A DNA stretch of 63,508 bases, the filler included. It is 4 parts of 4 records of this genome, joined end to end, with 100 filler letters (N's around TTAATTAATTAA, not from the genome) between each part and the next. Parts side by side here need not be neighbours in the genome. Positions count along the whole stretch, not along the records: positions 14,880 to 45,014 come from DRR723986_4084; 3 more parts are not named here. The stretch is one strand, 5' to 3'. Below are positions 27,801 to 36,486 of this stretch, in pieces. Both the position numbers and the translations under genes were made by a program. Every line of letters begins with the position of its first letter. Position 1 is the first letter of the stretch. Below the pieces are notes generated by a model. The model was given only the letters and a program-made list of their open reading frames with translations. It was not told the DNA's origin and ran no database searches.

Positions 27801-28647
27801 CGAAAGTGGCGAAGAGGCCGTTCAGGTCTGAAGCGTCGGTTGTACTTTCCCACTGTCCGCCGATCCAGCGTGCAGCCACATAGTTACCTGGGTCACCATC
27901 ATATTCTTTGGCATCGACGTTACCGTTGTTGGTTGCGGTGCCATCGTTCATCCCAGTGTAGTAGAACTGGCTTGGGATTTCACTTTCATTTGGACCGTAA
28001 ACAACGTGGATTTCGGGAGTGAAGCTATCGTTGGAGATAAACATCTGGAAGGAGATTGGCCCACCAGCTGTAAAGAAGAACTCGGCTTTTTGCCATTCAA
28101 CGATAAGATAGTCTTTGCCGCCGATTGTACGTGTACCAATCAGAATTTTGGCATCGTCGCCGGTCATGTCCAGGTCGCCCTGGAATGCAAAAACGCGTGT
28201 CCAGATTTGCGAATTACCATAGTATCCGCCGCCATTGGGATTCCAAAGCGGGTCAACATTCAAGGTACCACCGGCACCGTTGTTGACTGAGCGTGTAAAG
28301 TAGAAGCCCCCGTTCGTGGAGATAGCGCCGGATGCTCCCAGCTGGTCGCCCATGAATTGCAGGTTAAAGGGAAGTGCGATAAACGGTGCGTTCCCGAAGT
28401 TTCCAAGTAGGACTACACCTTCGTCATAGTCACCAAAGAGCGAGCCTGGAAGGCCGCCACCCTGATACTCTTCTTCATCGGATAAATCCTGAAAACCAAC
28501 TGAGTTGTCCCTTGTAAGGGCCTGATATGTAAAATCAGATTGTGAAACCGAATAGTATTCGGCGGTTTGATCCCGCTGAGCAAAAAGGTTGCTGGTTCCC
28601 AGTAGCAGGATTGCGGCAACCGCAAAAGCAGTCAGACGTGATTGCAT
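24895..28647 (-). CDS. Large T9SS-secreted protein with tandem ASH/choice-of-anchor-D Ig-like domains
   Basis: Signal peptide; repeated 'FG....G...N.G...F.P...G' Ig modules; T9SS-type CTD SPNPVRNQT.IEY...LYDMRGQRV...LPAGSYIYKL...MQVVR. Confidence 0.88.
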   Translation of the reverse strand: MQSRLTAFAVAAILLLGTSNLFAQRDQTAEYYSVSQSDFTYQALTRDNSVGFQDLSDEEEYQGGGLPGSLFGDYDEGVVLLGNFGNAPFIALPFNLQFMGDQLGASGAISTNGGFYFTRSVNNGAGGTLNVDPLWNPNGGGYYGNSQIWTRVFAFQGDLDMTGDDAKILIGTRTIGGKDYLIVEWQKAEFFFTAGGPISFQMFISNDSFTPEIHVVYGPNESEIPSQFYYTGMNDGTATNNGNVDAKEYDGDPGNYVAARWIGGQWESTTDASDLNGLFATFGEWPTRNIRFCLAPDITAEAEDATIFDYTNNDEDIVAADAELTKTYRVSNPATSDVPIKVAMNVSGVGADSYSVDPPGVDNIEPGTSQIFNITFKPAGFGEQLAEVEVGITTMDGADCPVVKPSGTLTMLGLVPGLVSIIPEEEPIVDFGEVGVNSDTWRYFDLFTNDSPGDIKYTFTANGLVGTEYMLTDDAGNAATSYTATVGAGENASVPLRFMPTLQGVQNASIELIYSDVNDEIFSNEITVNVIGDATPTRIEFLINDEGAHAPDGSLLGRNGVAAVGENPTYRNFTVTNTGAVGAINLENFMFYELDRSEQFNRRFRVRWTEGFGNGVPLLSNDFYVERDQNGAWVRVMPEDRITLGAKEAIKLRVVFAPRRSGFKYVRMFFNTDATVDQGFRPVETLNPADELTPQLLSYELYGFGARNSFVEQLSAVIFPTTEVGRTASQEFLEVTNTGDSRLLVDIGSVRLWPGDDDFTIGDIFPDQQRTEQGKAIIPIGETGRIFLNFVPERAGTRFTTLYFVTNDSTPTPDGLVGERYVTVTGVGEANAQITVDVEGEPLFDNLSAIVDAPETFPTADITLTHTGGPQLVITNIRIEGPDAADFAVISTDNIGPVDDLGSSVITVQFEPKSAGPGKIANLIIESSAADGDLVFAMTGTGETRLVSAPDVTLFTDVAIGTGESVTETVIIENVGTVPLDLSAPNFSSPDYSSDYTGGVLAPGEAASVNVTLSSSSSENKTGTMSVGNNSTNLNPVDIDLAGYIGLRTPDADPSITVNADWILGTYVPETVNVTVTNTGDLPLTLDPTSSNFAGPDAAQFSIIDIPSTEIAPQGNVTVVFEYAPTDGATAQATLNIASNGDPNPLAITINGSVTDIVEQARAAGYELLTSSPNPVRNQTVIEYSIPSLQNVSLELYDMRGQRVATLVNQQVAGGTHTVNVDCTDLPAGSYIYKLATDAFELTQSMQVVR

Positions 28648-29284
28648 AGTTTGTTACTCCATTGCTGATGAATAAGGGCGTATTATTAAACGTGTGTCGT
28701 CAATGTTCTCAAGATGATTTCTCGGACGCATTCCAAGGGTTGTCAGTCACTAACCAGAGCGGCGATGATGCTTCTGGTTTGGCGACGGCGGCGATGATGG
28801 GCACAGTTAGGGCAGTGCACCTTCTGATAGCCAAGAAATGTGACCGGGGGGCAGTGGTCCGCAGTGTCTCGGCGGTAATAGCCTAATAAAATGCAAAAAT
28901 ATCACAAGAATACCAGCAGATACGGCGTTGGGTACAGGAATTTTGTTCTGCTGATTGAGATATTTTGCAACGTATAATAATATCACGTGTTGCGCAAGAA
29001 TTCAATAGAAAACTTGATAGTGCCGAATTTTGCCCTGATAGTTTAGGGGCGAATGTTCCTTGGACATTCGGTTTGGGGGTGGACTGAGAGTTTTGTTTGC
29101 CCAGTTTACAGAGTGACACAAAAGGCGGCAGCAGTTTCCGAAGTGCTAGATCGCAAGAGTCGTATGATGTTGGCACAGTCGCCGGTTTGGATTTTGAAGT
29201 TTAGGTGAGCGATCATAAGCTTTGTATTTACAGTTGAATCCACCGGATTTCCAGGTGAAAGACCTTGTGCATAAGTTGGCGAAT

Positions 29285-29305
29285 AATTCTTTGTGACAAA
29301 GAATT
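29285..29305. promoter_or_regulatory. Perfect palindrome in the divergent promoter region
   Basis: AATTCTTTGT-G-ACAAAGAATT. Confidence 0.5.
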
Positions 29306-29583
29306 GGGATCGTGTGTCATTTGCCAAGAACCGCAGAATGTGCGTCGGAGTAGCGCCCGACAGAAAGACAACGACGGCAGCGTGTCTTGAAGGCAAAGTC
29401 ATCTGGTAGAAGGCACTGAATCTACACGGAACCTTGGGTAAAGCCCGGTCTGGATCCGTTCAGGTTTGCAAGTTGTTGGAAATATCCGTAAGCTTTGAAC
29501 CTTACACGCATTGGCGTCAGCATACACTGTACATTATTTTATCAGTCATACAATCAATTTCCCCTCTCTTAGGAGTACACAGA

Positions 29584-32500
29584 ATGGCTAACCCGTACCG
29601 ATTACTATTATCGGCTCTGTTCGCTCTCGTTTGTTTCGGCGCTCCGGCCCTTGCTGCCGGAGAAGACGCAGGTGAACTGACGGAAGATCAGATCCGAGCA
29701 CTCGTTGAAGAAACGATTTCATGTAACAACAACCTTGGGAACGAATTCTGGCTGTCTTTCCCGCCATGCTATGAGCAAGGCGGCAGCGACAATCAGTTGG
29801 TTCTTTATATCTCTTCTCAGGTTGAGACGAAAGTAAAAGTTGAGATTCCTGGTCGTGGAATCGTGAAAAACGTTACAACGGTGCCGAATGACATCGTTTA
29901 TGTTTCGCTTTCACCTGCTGAAGGTCAACCATTTAACAAGAATCCGAACCAGGCCGCGCCTGCTCAGGATGTTTACCCAGGTGCCGGTGTCCGCGTTATC
30001 GCTGAAGACCCGGTTGTAGTGTACGGTGTTACTCGTTTTGAGTTTACGTCCGACAGTTTCCTTGCTATCCCGGTCAACTCACTTGGTACAGAGTATGTTG
30101 TTTCTTCATACTCAGATATGTCGGCCATGTATCCCGGTCTGAACTTACCTAGTGAAACTACAATTACGGCTGCATATGATGACACGAAAGTGTTTTTTAC
30201 CCTTGGCGGTAATGCACTGACTGAGACGAATAACGGCATGCGCGAAGGAAATACCCGTTCCTTCAGTCTTAATAAAGGTGATGTACTTGCAATCAGCTCG
30301 ATTACATCCGAAGGTGACGTTAGCGGTAGTTATGTTCGCTCCACCAAACCGGTCGCAGTTGTGTCCGGTAACCAGTGTGCGAACGTTCCGACAATCATCC
30401 GCTGGTGTGACTACATTGTTGAAATGCAGCAGCCAATGCACGCATGGTCAACAGCCTACCACGTTCCTTCATTCGCAACACGCGAAAACACTCCATATGT
30501 AAAAGTCTATGCCAAGAAGCCGAACACGGTTGTTTGGATGGACAATATTGAGTTTGGAATCATTCAAGAAGGCAAAGGTGGATCTGAAGGTCTTGGTTTC
30601 ATTCACAAGCCACTGGCTGACGGCGTTGCGACTCCACACGTAATCTGGTCAGAAGACCCGATTTATGTTGAGGTCTTCAACCGCGGTCAGGAAGATGATG
30701 ATATCACATCTGATCCATTCCAGTTGACTTGTACGCCAACCGATCAATACCAAGAAGAAATTGTCTTTAATGCACCAGGTGTGGCACAGTTGAGCTTCTC
30801 GCTGAACTGGGCAAGCATCGTGTATGAAGTAGATGATAACGGTCTGGTACCAGACGAACTTGAGTTCGCGATTGTAAACAATGGTGAGTTTGAGTGGACT
30901 CGTATCAAGGATCAGTACGGAAGTACGCCTGGTTACGTATTTGAAAAGGACATCGATGGCAAAAAGTTCGCCATGAAAACGATTGTTCTGCCAGATCCGG
31001 CCGGTGTCTACAAATTGCGTGCCGATCACCCAATTGCCGTGTACCTGAACGGTGCAAATAACTATGACACTTATGGCCACCCAGGCAGTATCGCCCTGCG
31101 TGACCTTGACAAAGTTGATGATGAAGACAAGCCAGTTGTCGAATACACCATCGGTTGTGATGGAAACGTTGAAGACGGTGAAGTGCGTGACAAGCCAGAG
31201 AACGATGCAATTCGTTCAAACATGGCGCGCATCTTCATGGTTAAAGAGTATTCCTGCAACTATGAGCTTGAGTACGACGACTTTGTACCTGGACAGGCTG
31301 TTCAAGTGAAATGGAAGCTCAGAGTAATTGATCCAAAACAGAGTGGTCGTGCCGTTGTTGTCTTCACAGATCGCAACTGTAATTTTGAGACGGTGGTCGT
31401 TGAATACGATGCCTTCAATATTGCGATTGTAGAAGAAGAAACTGACTTTGGAACTTTGAAGCCTGGTGAAAACCGCACGGAGCAGATCAAAATTGTCAAC
31501 ATGAACCCAACCGGTCCAGTTGAGATTTCGAAAATTAATCTGCGCGGCATTGTTGATGGAGATCCTCAAGGATTTCAAATCACGGGTACTAATCCGCCAC
31601 TCCCGGCGAATCTGACGGCATATGACGAAAACAGCCCTGACGTAGGGACACACATCATGACTGTGAACGTTCAGTTTACAGCAACAGAGTCTGGCGACTT
31701 TGAAGATGTGCTCGTTGTAGGTAACGAATGCCAGGAAATAGAAGGCAAAGTCAAAGCCAGCGTTGGATCTCTCTCCATTGATGTTAAAAACCACGACTTC
31801 CTGCAGGTCAATGTATTCACCTCGCGTGATAAAAACATTGAAGTCAAGAATATCGGTGAGTCCGCAATCGTGTTGACCGAGATTCAGAATGCCGCCCCGG
31901 CTGCCGATGGTTCCTGGACCTTTGACTGGGCTTCGGCTCGTAACGCCGAAGGCGTCAGCTTCCAGCAATTGATTGACGGTGAAGTTCCGTCGATGACGAT
32001 TGCCAAGGGTGAAACGATTATTTTCAAAGCTATATTTGAGCCTCAAGCTGCCATCGTTTACGAGCGTGATATCTTCTTTATCAGTGATGCCGGTACAACG
32101 ATTGACAACGTCTGTGAGCTTGACGGTGAAGGTATTACCTCCGAACTTGAGATCTACACCGAAGAATGGACGCAACATCGCATCAATAAAGGACCATATG
32201 CAGGTGGTTTGATTCGCCTGACGAACAATGGAGATGTTGAGATTCGCATTCAAACTGAGGGCGCACCAGCCTTAGCACTTGACAATGCGAACATCATAGC
32301 TCCAGGTGGTGCCGATGCATTGGCTGCGATCAACATTGAAGACTTCATTGCAGACATCAGTGGAGACCAAGGTAAAGCTACTTTGGATCCAGGTGAAAGC
32401 TATGAATTCCAGATGGTGTTTAATCCAGCGGTTGCTGGTGAGTACCGCGTAGGAGTTACCATTCCTTATACCATCAATGGTGTAACGGAAACCCGCTCAG

Positions 32501-34014
32501 CCCAGCTGAATGGTACTGGTATCCAGACGGTGCTGACATCAACGGACATCAGCTTTGGTAACATGTTGATCAACGATGAAGATAACCGATTGACAAACTC
32601 AGCTTTCTTTGAGGCGGTTGCCGGTCCATTTAACACTACTGTTAATGTGACGGGTTTTGACCTCAGTGCTGGTTGGGATGTCACCGAGTTTTCGAATCCT
32701 AATACCGATCCTCAGATTCAATACTTAGTGGATGGTACTCCTGCCACCTTGCCGGTTGATCTTGTTCCTGGTGAAGTGCTTGAAGTACGCAACGCATGGT
32801 ATGTTGCTCGTTCAGCAGGTAACGTCTCTGTAGTCGCAACTCCTGCGGGTGACATTGACTTCCTGGAGCGCCCATCTACATGGGATGGTGCTGGTGATCC
32901 TCCTGGAGATCTTTCTTTGACCGCTCCGGATCCAATCCAGATTTGTGTTGACGAAACTGGAATCATCCGTGCACAGTTGTCTTCGCAGGACATGCGCATC
33001 AACAGCATTAGCCTCAGAGATCCAAGTGAGCACTTTACTATCAACGGTACTACCGTAGGTGGCCAGATTGTTCAGCCGGATGAAAGTTTTGACCTGCAGG
33101 GTACTGCTGACATTAACATTCAGTACAACCCACAATCGACGGGTGAACACTCAGCTGTGATTGTAGTTAGCTACACGCTTGCTACGAATGAAGTCGAAAC
33201 TGCAACAGTAAACATCAACAGTTCTGCTGTTGACTTTAGTGCTGAATATGTTCTGGCGGCCAGTGTAGGTGGTGACGAGAGGGCGAGTATCGTTCCTGGT
33301 GACGATCTTGAGTTCGACCTGAATATCGCGAACAGCTCGATCAATGCAACTGCTGGTGTAAGCGAGGTTGTTCTAGTCATTGACTATGATCTGGAAGTTC
33401 TCAAAGTTGACCTGAGCACCGTAACTGTAAATGCAGCTTATGGCCAGCTCATTGGATTTGATCCGAACAATCCAGCCCAGCACCTGACTAACCTTGCAGG
33501 TGGACGGCAGGAAATGCGTTTGACTGTTGGCATCACAACTGATGGTAGCATTCCAGACGGCAACCTGATTTCAGCGACGTTTAATACGTTTCTGGCTGAA
33601 TATCACAACAAGGATTACAATACTCAGATCAACGCAGATGTTATTGTTACTGACAGTGACTTCAACTGCATTGAAATTGAAGGGAAAGCGGATGACACAG
33701 GCTTGAGTTTGGTCTGTGCCATTAACCTGCGTCCATTTGTGACCAGTGGCGTTTCCTACGGCCTCAGCCAGAACACACCAAATCCGGCACCGGTCAATAC
33801 CTCGATTCAGTTCGCGGTTGGTATCGAAGCACAAACAACTCTGGTTGTTCGTGATGCCAATGGTGACATTGTGAAAACGCTGATCGACGCACGTCTGACT
33901 CCAGGCGAGTACGAAGTAGTACTGGAAACAAGTGAACTGTCATCCGGTACTTATTTCTACTCGATTGATTCAGGTCCATATAGTGAAACCAAGCGTATGG
34001 TAATCACACGCTAA
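29584..34014 (+). CDS. Large T9SS-secreted protein: IgGFc-binding-like N-domain, Ig-like repeats, cohesin-like domain, CTD
   Basis: GNEFWLSFP, SDSFLAIPVNSLGTEYVV, KPVAVVSGNQCA and CDYIVE motifs; CTD QNTPNP...LSSGTYFYSI...KRMVITR; AGGAG RBS. Confidence 0.88.
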   Translation: MANPYRLLLSALFALVCFGAPALAAGEDAGELTEDQIRALVEETISCNNNLGNEFWLSFPPCYEQGGSDNQLVLYISSQVETKVKVEIPGRGIVKNVTTVPNDIVYVSLSPAEGQPFNKNPNQAAPAQDVYPGAGVRVIAEDPVVVYGVTRFEFTSDSFLAIPVNSLGTEYVVSSYSDMSAMYPGLNLPSETTITAAYDDTKVFFTLGGNALTETNNGMREGNTRSFSLNKGDVLAISSITSEGDVSGSYVRSTKPVAVVSGNQCANVPTIIRWCDYIVEMQQPMHAWSTAYHVPSFATRENTPYVKVYAKKPNTVVWMDNIEFGIIQEGKGGSEGLGFIHKPLADGVATPHVIWSEDPIYVEVFNRGQEDDDITSDPFQLTCTPTDQYQEEIVFNAPGVAQLSFSLNWASIVYEVDDNGLVPDELEFAIVNNGEFEWTRIKDQYGSTPGYVFEKDIDGKKFAMKTIVLPDPAGVYKLRADHPIAVYLNGANNYDTYGHPGSIALRDLDKVDDEDKPVVEYTIGCDGNVEDGEVRDKPENDAIRSNMARIFMVKEYSCNYELEYDDFVPGQAVQVKWKLRVIDPKQSGRAVVVFTDRNCNFETVVVEYDAFNIAIVEEETDFGTLKPGENRTEQIKIVNMNPTGPVEISKINLRGIVDGDPQGFQITGTNPPLPANLTAYDENSPDVGTHIMTVNVQFTATESGDFEDVLVVGNECQEIEGKVKASVGSLSIDVKNHDFLQVNVFTSRDKNIEVKNIGESAIVLTEIQNAAPAADGSWTFDWASARNAEGVSFQQLIDGEVPSMTIAKGETIIFKAIFEPQAAIVYERDIFFISDAGTTIDNVCELDGEGITSELEIYTEEWTQHRINKGPYAGGLIRLTNNGDVEIRIQTEGAPALALDNANIIAPGGADALAAINIEDFIADISGDQGKATLDPGESYEFQMVFNPAVAGEYRVGVTIPYTINGVTETRSAQLNGTGIQTVLTSTDISFGNMLINDEDNRLTNSAFFEAVAGPFNTTVNVTGFDLSAGWDVTEFSNPNTDPQIQYLVDGTPATLPVDLVPGEVLEVRNAWYVARSAGNVSVVATPAGDIDFLERPSTWDGAGDPPGDLSLTAPDPIQICVDETGIIRAQLSSQDMRINSISLRDPSEHFTINGTTVGGQIVQPDESFDLQGTADINIQYNPQSTGEHSAVIVVSYTLATNEVETATVNINSSAVDFSAEYVLAASVGGDERASIVPGDDLEFDLNIANSSINATAGVSEVVLVIDYDLEVLKVDLSTVTVNAAYGQLIGFDPNNPAQHLTNLAGGRQEMRLTVGITTDGSIPDGNLISATFNTFLAEYHNKDYNTQINADVIVTDSDFNCIEIEGKADDTGLSLVCAINLRPFVTSGVSYGLSQNTPNPAPVNTSIQFAVGIEAQTTLVVRDANGDIVKTLIDARLTPGEYEVVLETSELSSGTYFYSIDSGPYSETKRMVITR

Positions 34015-34042
34015 GCGTTTGCTTATCTGGCGATTGAAATAG

Positions 34043-34080
34043 AAGCGGGGAGCGTTTTAGAAACGCTCCCCGCTTTTTTT
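34043..34080 (+). terminator. Rho-independent terminator
   Basis: AAGCGGGGAGCGTTT...AAACGCTCCCCGCTT plus T-run. Confidence 0.92.
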
Positions 34081-34259
34081 ATGCCCAAAATTTTCGTTTC
34101 CAGTTGAAAAAAGGTGCTGGACTCTTCAAGCTTGAACGGATTTAATGTTTGGATAGCATATCGTTCACAGCTAACTTTAAGTTTACGGCCCAATTACTAC
34201 AATTGTTATTGCCTATTGCTCTTTGTACCTCCTCTTCTCATACTTAGGTCAGATTCAGA

Positions 34260-36422
34260 ATGAAGCTCACTTCTGCTCTCCTCCTGTGTGCCGGACTGTT
34301 GTTTACAGCATTACCGGACAGTGAAATATTGGCGCAACAATCCAGCGAATCCGATGCGGCCGCAGCAGACAGCGTGTTGTGGAATTACATCGGCTTGTAC
34401 GGTGGATTTAATATCAACAACCACAGCGCCGACTTCCGCGCCTTACCGGGCGTCCCCAACTGCTGCCCGCAGTTTGCCTCCGGCAGCGGTACCGGACTTG
34501 CCTTTGGATTGTTATATGAAATGCCGCTGACGCGCCAGTGGTGGTTTGAGATGCGTGCGGGGTACTCACAACGCAATGCAGAGCTTTCACGTGAAGAGTT
34601 AATCGGAAACGCCGAAGAGCTTTCGGGTAATACAGCGGTACCGGCCTTCAGCGAGCACACGCTGGATGCAACGCTTAATTATATCGGTATAGAGCCCACT
34701 GCTGAGTTTCGCGGTTTTGGTGGTCTTTCTATCAATGTAGGTGCTGCAATCGGCTTCTGGATGACGGGCGACTATGAACAGCTGGAAACACTCACGACCC
34801 CGAATGACGTGACGTTTGTTGGTGGTTCAAAGGAGCGCAATGCCTCCGCCGGCGAAATTCCAGAGAAAGAATCTATCTACCTGGGGGCCGTTGCCGGTGC
34901 CGGGTATGATTTGCCGATGAGCGAGCGCATGTTTCTTACTCCGGAAGTTCGTTTCCACATTCCATTAAACAACGTTGCATCAGTTTCATGGTCAGCCGCC
35001 GCAATCCAGTTAGGCGCATCAGTTAAAATGCAGCTGGGTTCTCTTGAGAAAGACGTTGTTCGCGATACCGTTTATATCCGCGACACGATGGAAGTTATCG
35101 TTGCCGGACTCGATCGTCAGGCCTTGAAATTGATCGATAGCAATGATGAGACTACGTCAGAAGAAATTGATGATTACATTTTGGAGCGCACGACGATTAC
35201 GGAAGAGTATCGACTTGATATTCCGCGCCCATTTACTTTGGAAGCTCAGATAGCGGTCTATGGAATCGATGAAAATGGCCGCCGGGTCCAAAATCCAAAT
35301 GTTGTAATCGAAGAGACTGAGATATTTGAGACTCTACCGCTCTTGCCACATGTGTTCTTTGACCAGGGCAGTGCCGACCTTTCAGCTACGCGGGTAGACA
35401 TAATCGATAAGTCCGAAGCTGAAAGCTGGTCGATCAATGAAGTACCGGCATCTGCGCTTGAAGTATATTCCAACTCACTTAACGTTCTGGGTTCGCGACT
35501 GCGTGCGGAGCCGGATTCGCGTATCACGGTGCGCGGACATAACAACAATCTGAACGATGAGCGTGGCAACACGCAGCTTTCACAGCAGCGCGCCGATGCG
35601 GTCAAGAACTATCTGGTTTCTGTTTGGGGGATTGACGCTGGGCGCATAACTACGCAGGCGCGCAATCTGCCTGAGAAACCTTCCAACAACAAAACTGAAG
35701 ATGGTCAGGCGGAAAACCGCCGCGTCGAAATCATCGCCTCCAATGCCAAGGTGTTGCTCCCGGTAAGCATCGAAGAAGTTGAATTGAATGCCACTCCGGA
35801 GACCTTGGAAGTAGAAGCCAATGTCTACGCCGAAGGTGGCCTGCAGCAGTATTCCGTGGATGTGATGCAGGGAGGCGCGCGTTTGCAGAACTTTACGGGC
35901 GACGACACGTCGGCAGTACACCGCTGGAGTGTACTTGAGCCACGTCCGGCCAACCAGCAGGCGCTTACTGTGCGATTTGCAGGTACGGACGAGAGTAATC
36001 AGCAATTCTCTGAGAGCACGGAGGTGCCGCTTGAGCAGTTGACACTTTCAGTGAAACGCGCTGAATTACAAGGTGATAAGCGCATCGAAATCTTCTCGCT
36101 GATTCTGTTTGACTTCGGCAAGGCCACGCTTGATTCACGCAACAAACGCATCATGGATCGCGTGCGTGCGCGTATCGAACCAAATTCAACCGTTAAAATC
36201 TTTGGATACGCTGACCGCCAGGGTGAAGCCGACTTCAACCGCGAACTGGCGCGCAAGCGTAGCGCTGAAGCGCGACGTGCCCTGGGCAACGCCGTCAGTG
36301 AAGATCGGGTGCAGGTAATTGCAGTTGGAAGTGATCAGCTGTTGTACAATAATGATCTGCCGGAAGGTCGCTCTTATTCACGTACGGTGCGGATTGTGAT
36401 CGAAACACCGGTCAGTGAATAA
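34260..36422 (+). CDS. OmpA-family protein (N-terminal beta-barrel, two OmpA-like domains)
   Basis: LSQQRADAVKNYL...ENRRVEI and LFDFGKATL...GYADRQG...LARKRS...RTVRI. Confidence 0.85.
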   Translation: MKLTSALLLCAGLLFTALPDSEILAQQSSESDAAAADSVLWNYIGLYGGFNINNHSADFRALPGVPNCCPQFASGSGTGLAFGLLYEMPLTRQWWFEMRAGYSQRNAELSREELIGNAEELSGNTAVPAFSEHTLDATLNYIGIEPTAEFRGFGGLSINVGAAIGFWMTGDYEQLETLTTPNDVTFVGGSKERNASAGEIPEKESIYLGAVAGAGYDLPMSERMFLTPEVRFHIPLNNVASVSWSAAAIQLGASVKMQLGSLEKDVVRDTVYIRDTMEVIVAGLDRQALKLIDSNDETTSEEIDDYILERTTITEEYRLDIPRPFTLEAQIAVYGIDENGRRVQNPNVVIEETEIFETLPLLPHVFFDQGSADLSATRVDIIDKSEAESWSINEVPASALEVYSNSLNVLGSRLRAEPDSRITVRGHNNNLNDERGNTQLSQQRADAVKNYLVSVWGIDAGRITTQARNLPEKPSNNKTEDGQAENRRVEIIASNAKVLLPVSIEEVELNATPETLEVEANVYAEGGLQQYSVDVMQGGARLQNFTGDDTSAVHRWSVLEPRPANQQALTVRFAGTDESNQQFSESTEVPLEQLTLSVKRAELQGDKRIEIFSLILFDFGKATLDSRNKRIMDRVRARIEPNSTVKIFGYADRQGEADFNRELARKRSAEARRALGNAVSEDRVQVIAVGSDQLLYNNDLPEGRSYSRTVRIVIETPVSE

Positions 36423-36486
36423 ACTTAAACTGGCGCCGCAGTAAGGCTGCCGACTACGTGATGAAGATGTCTTGTAAAAGGCCGTT

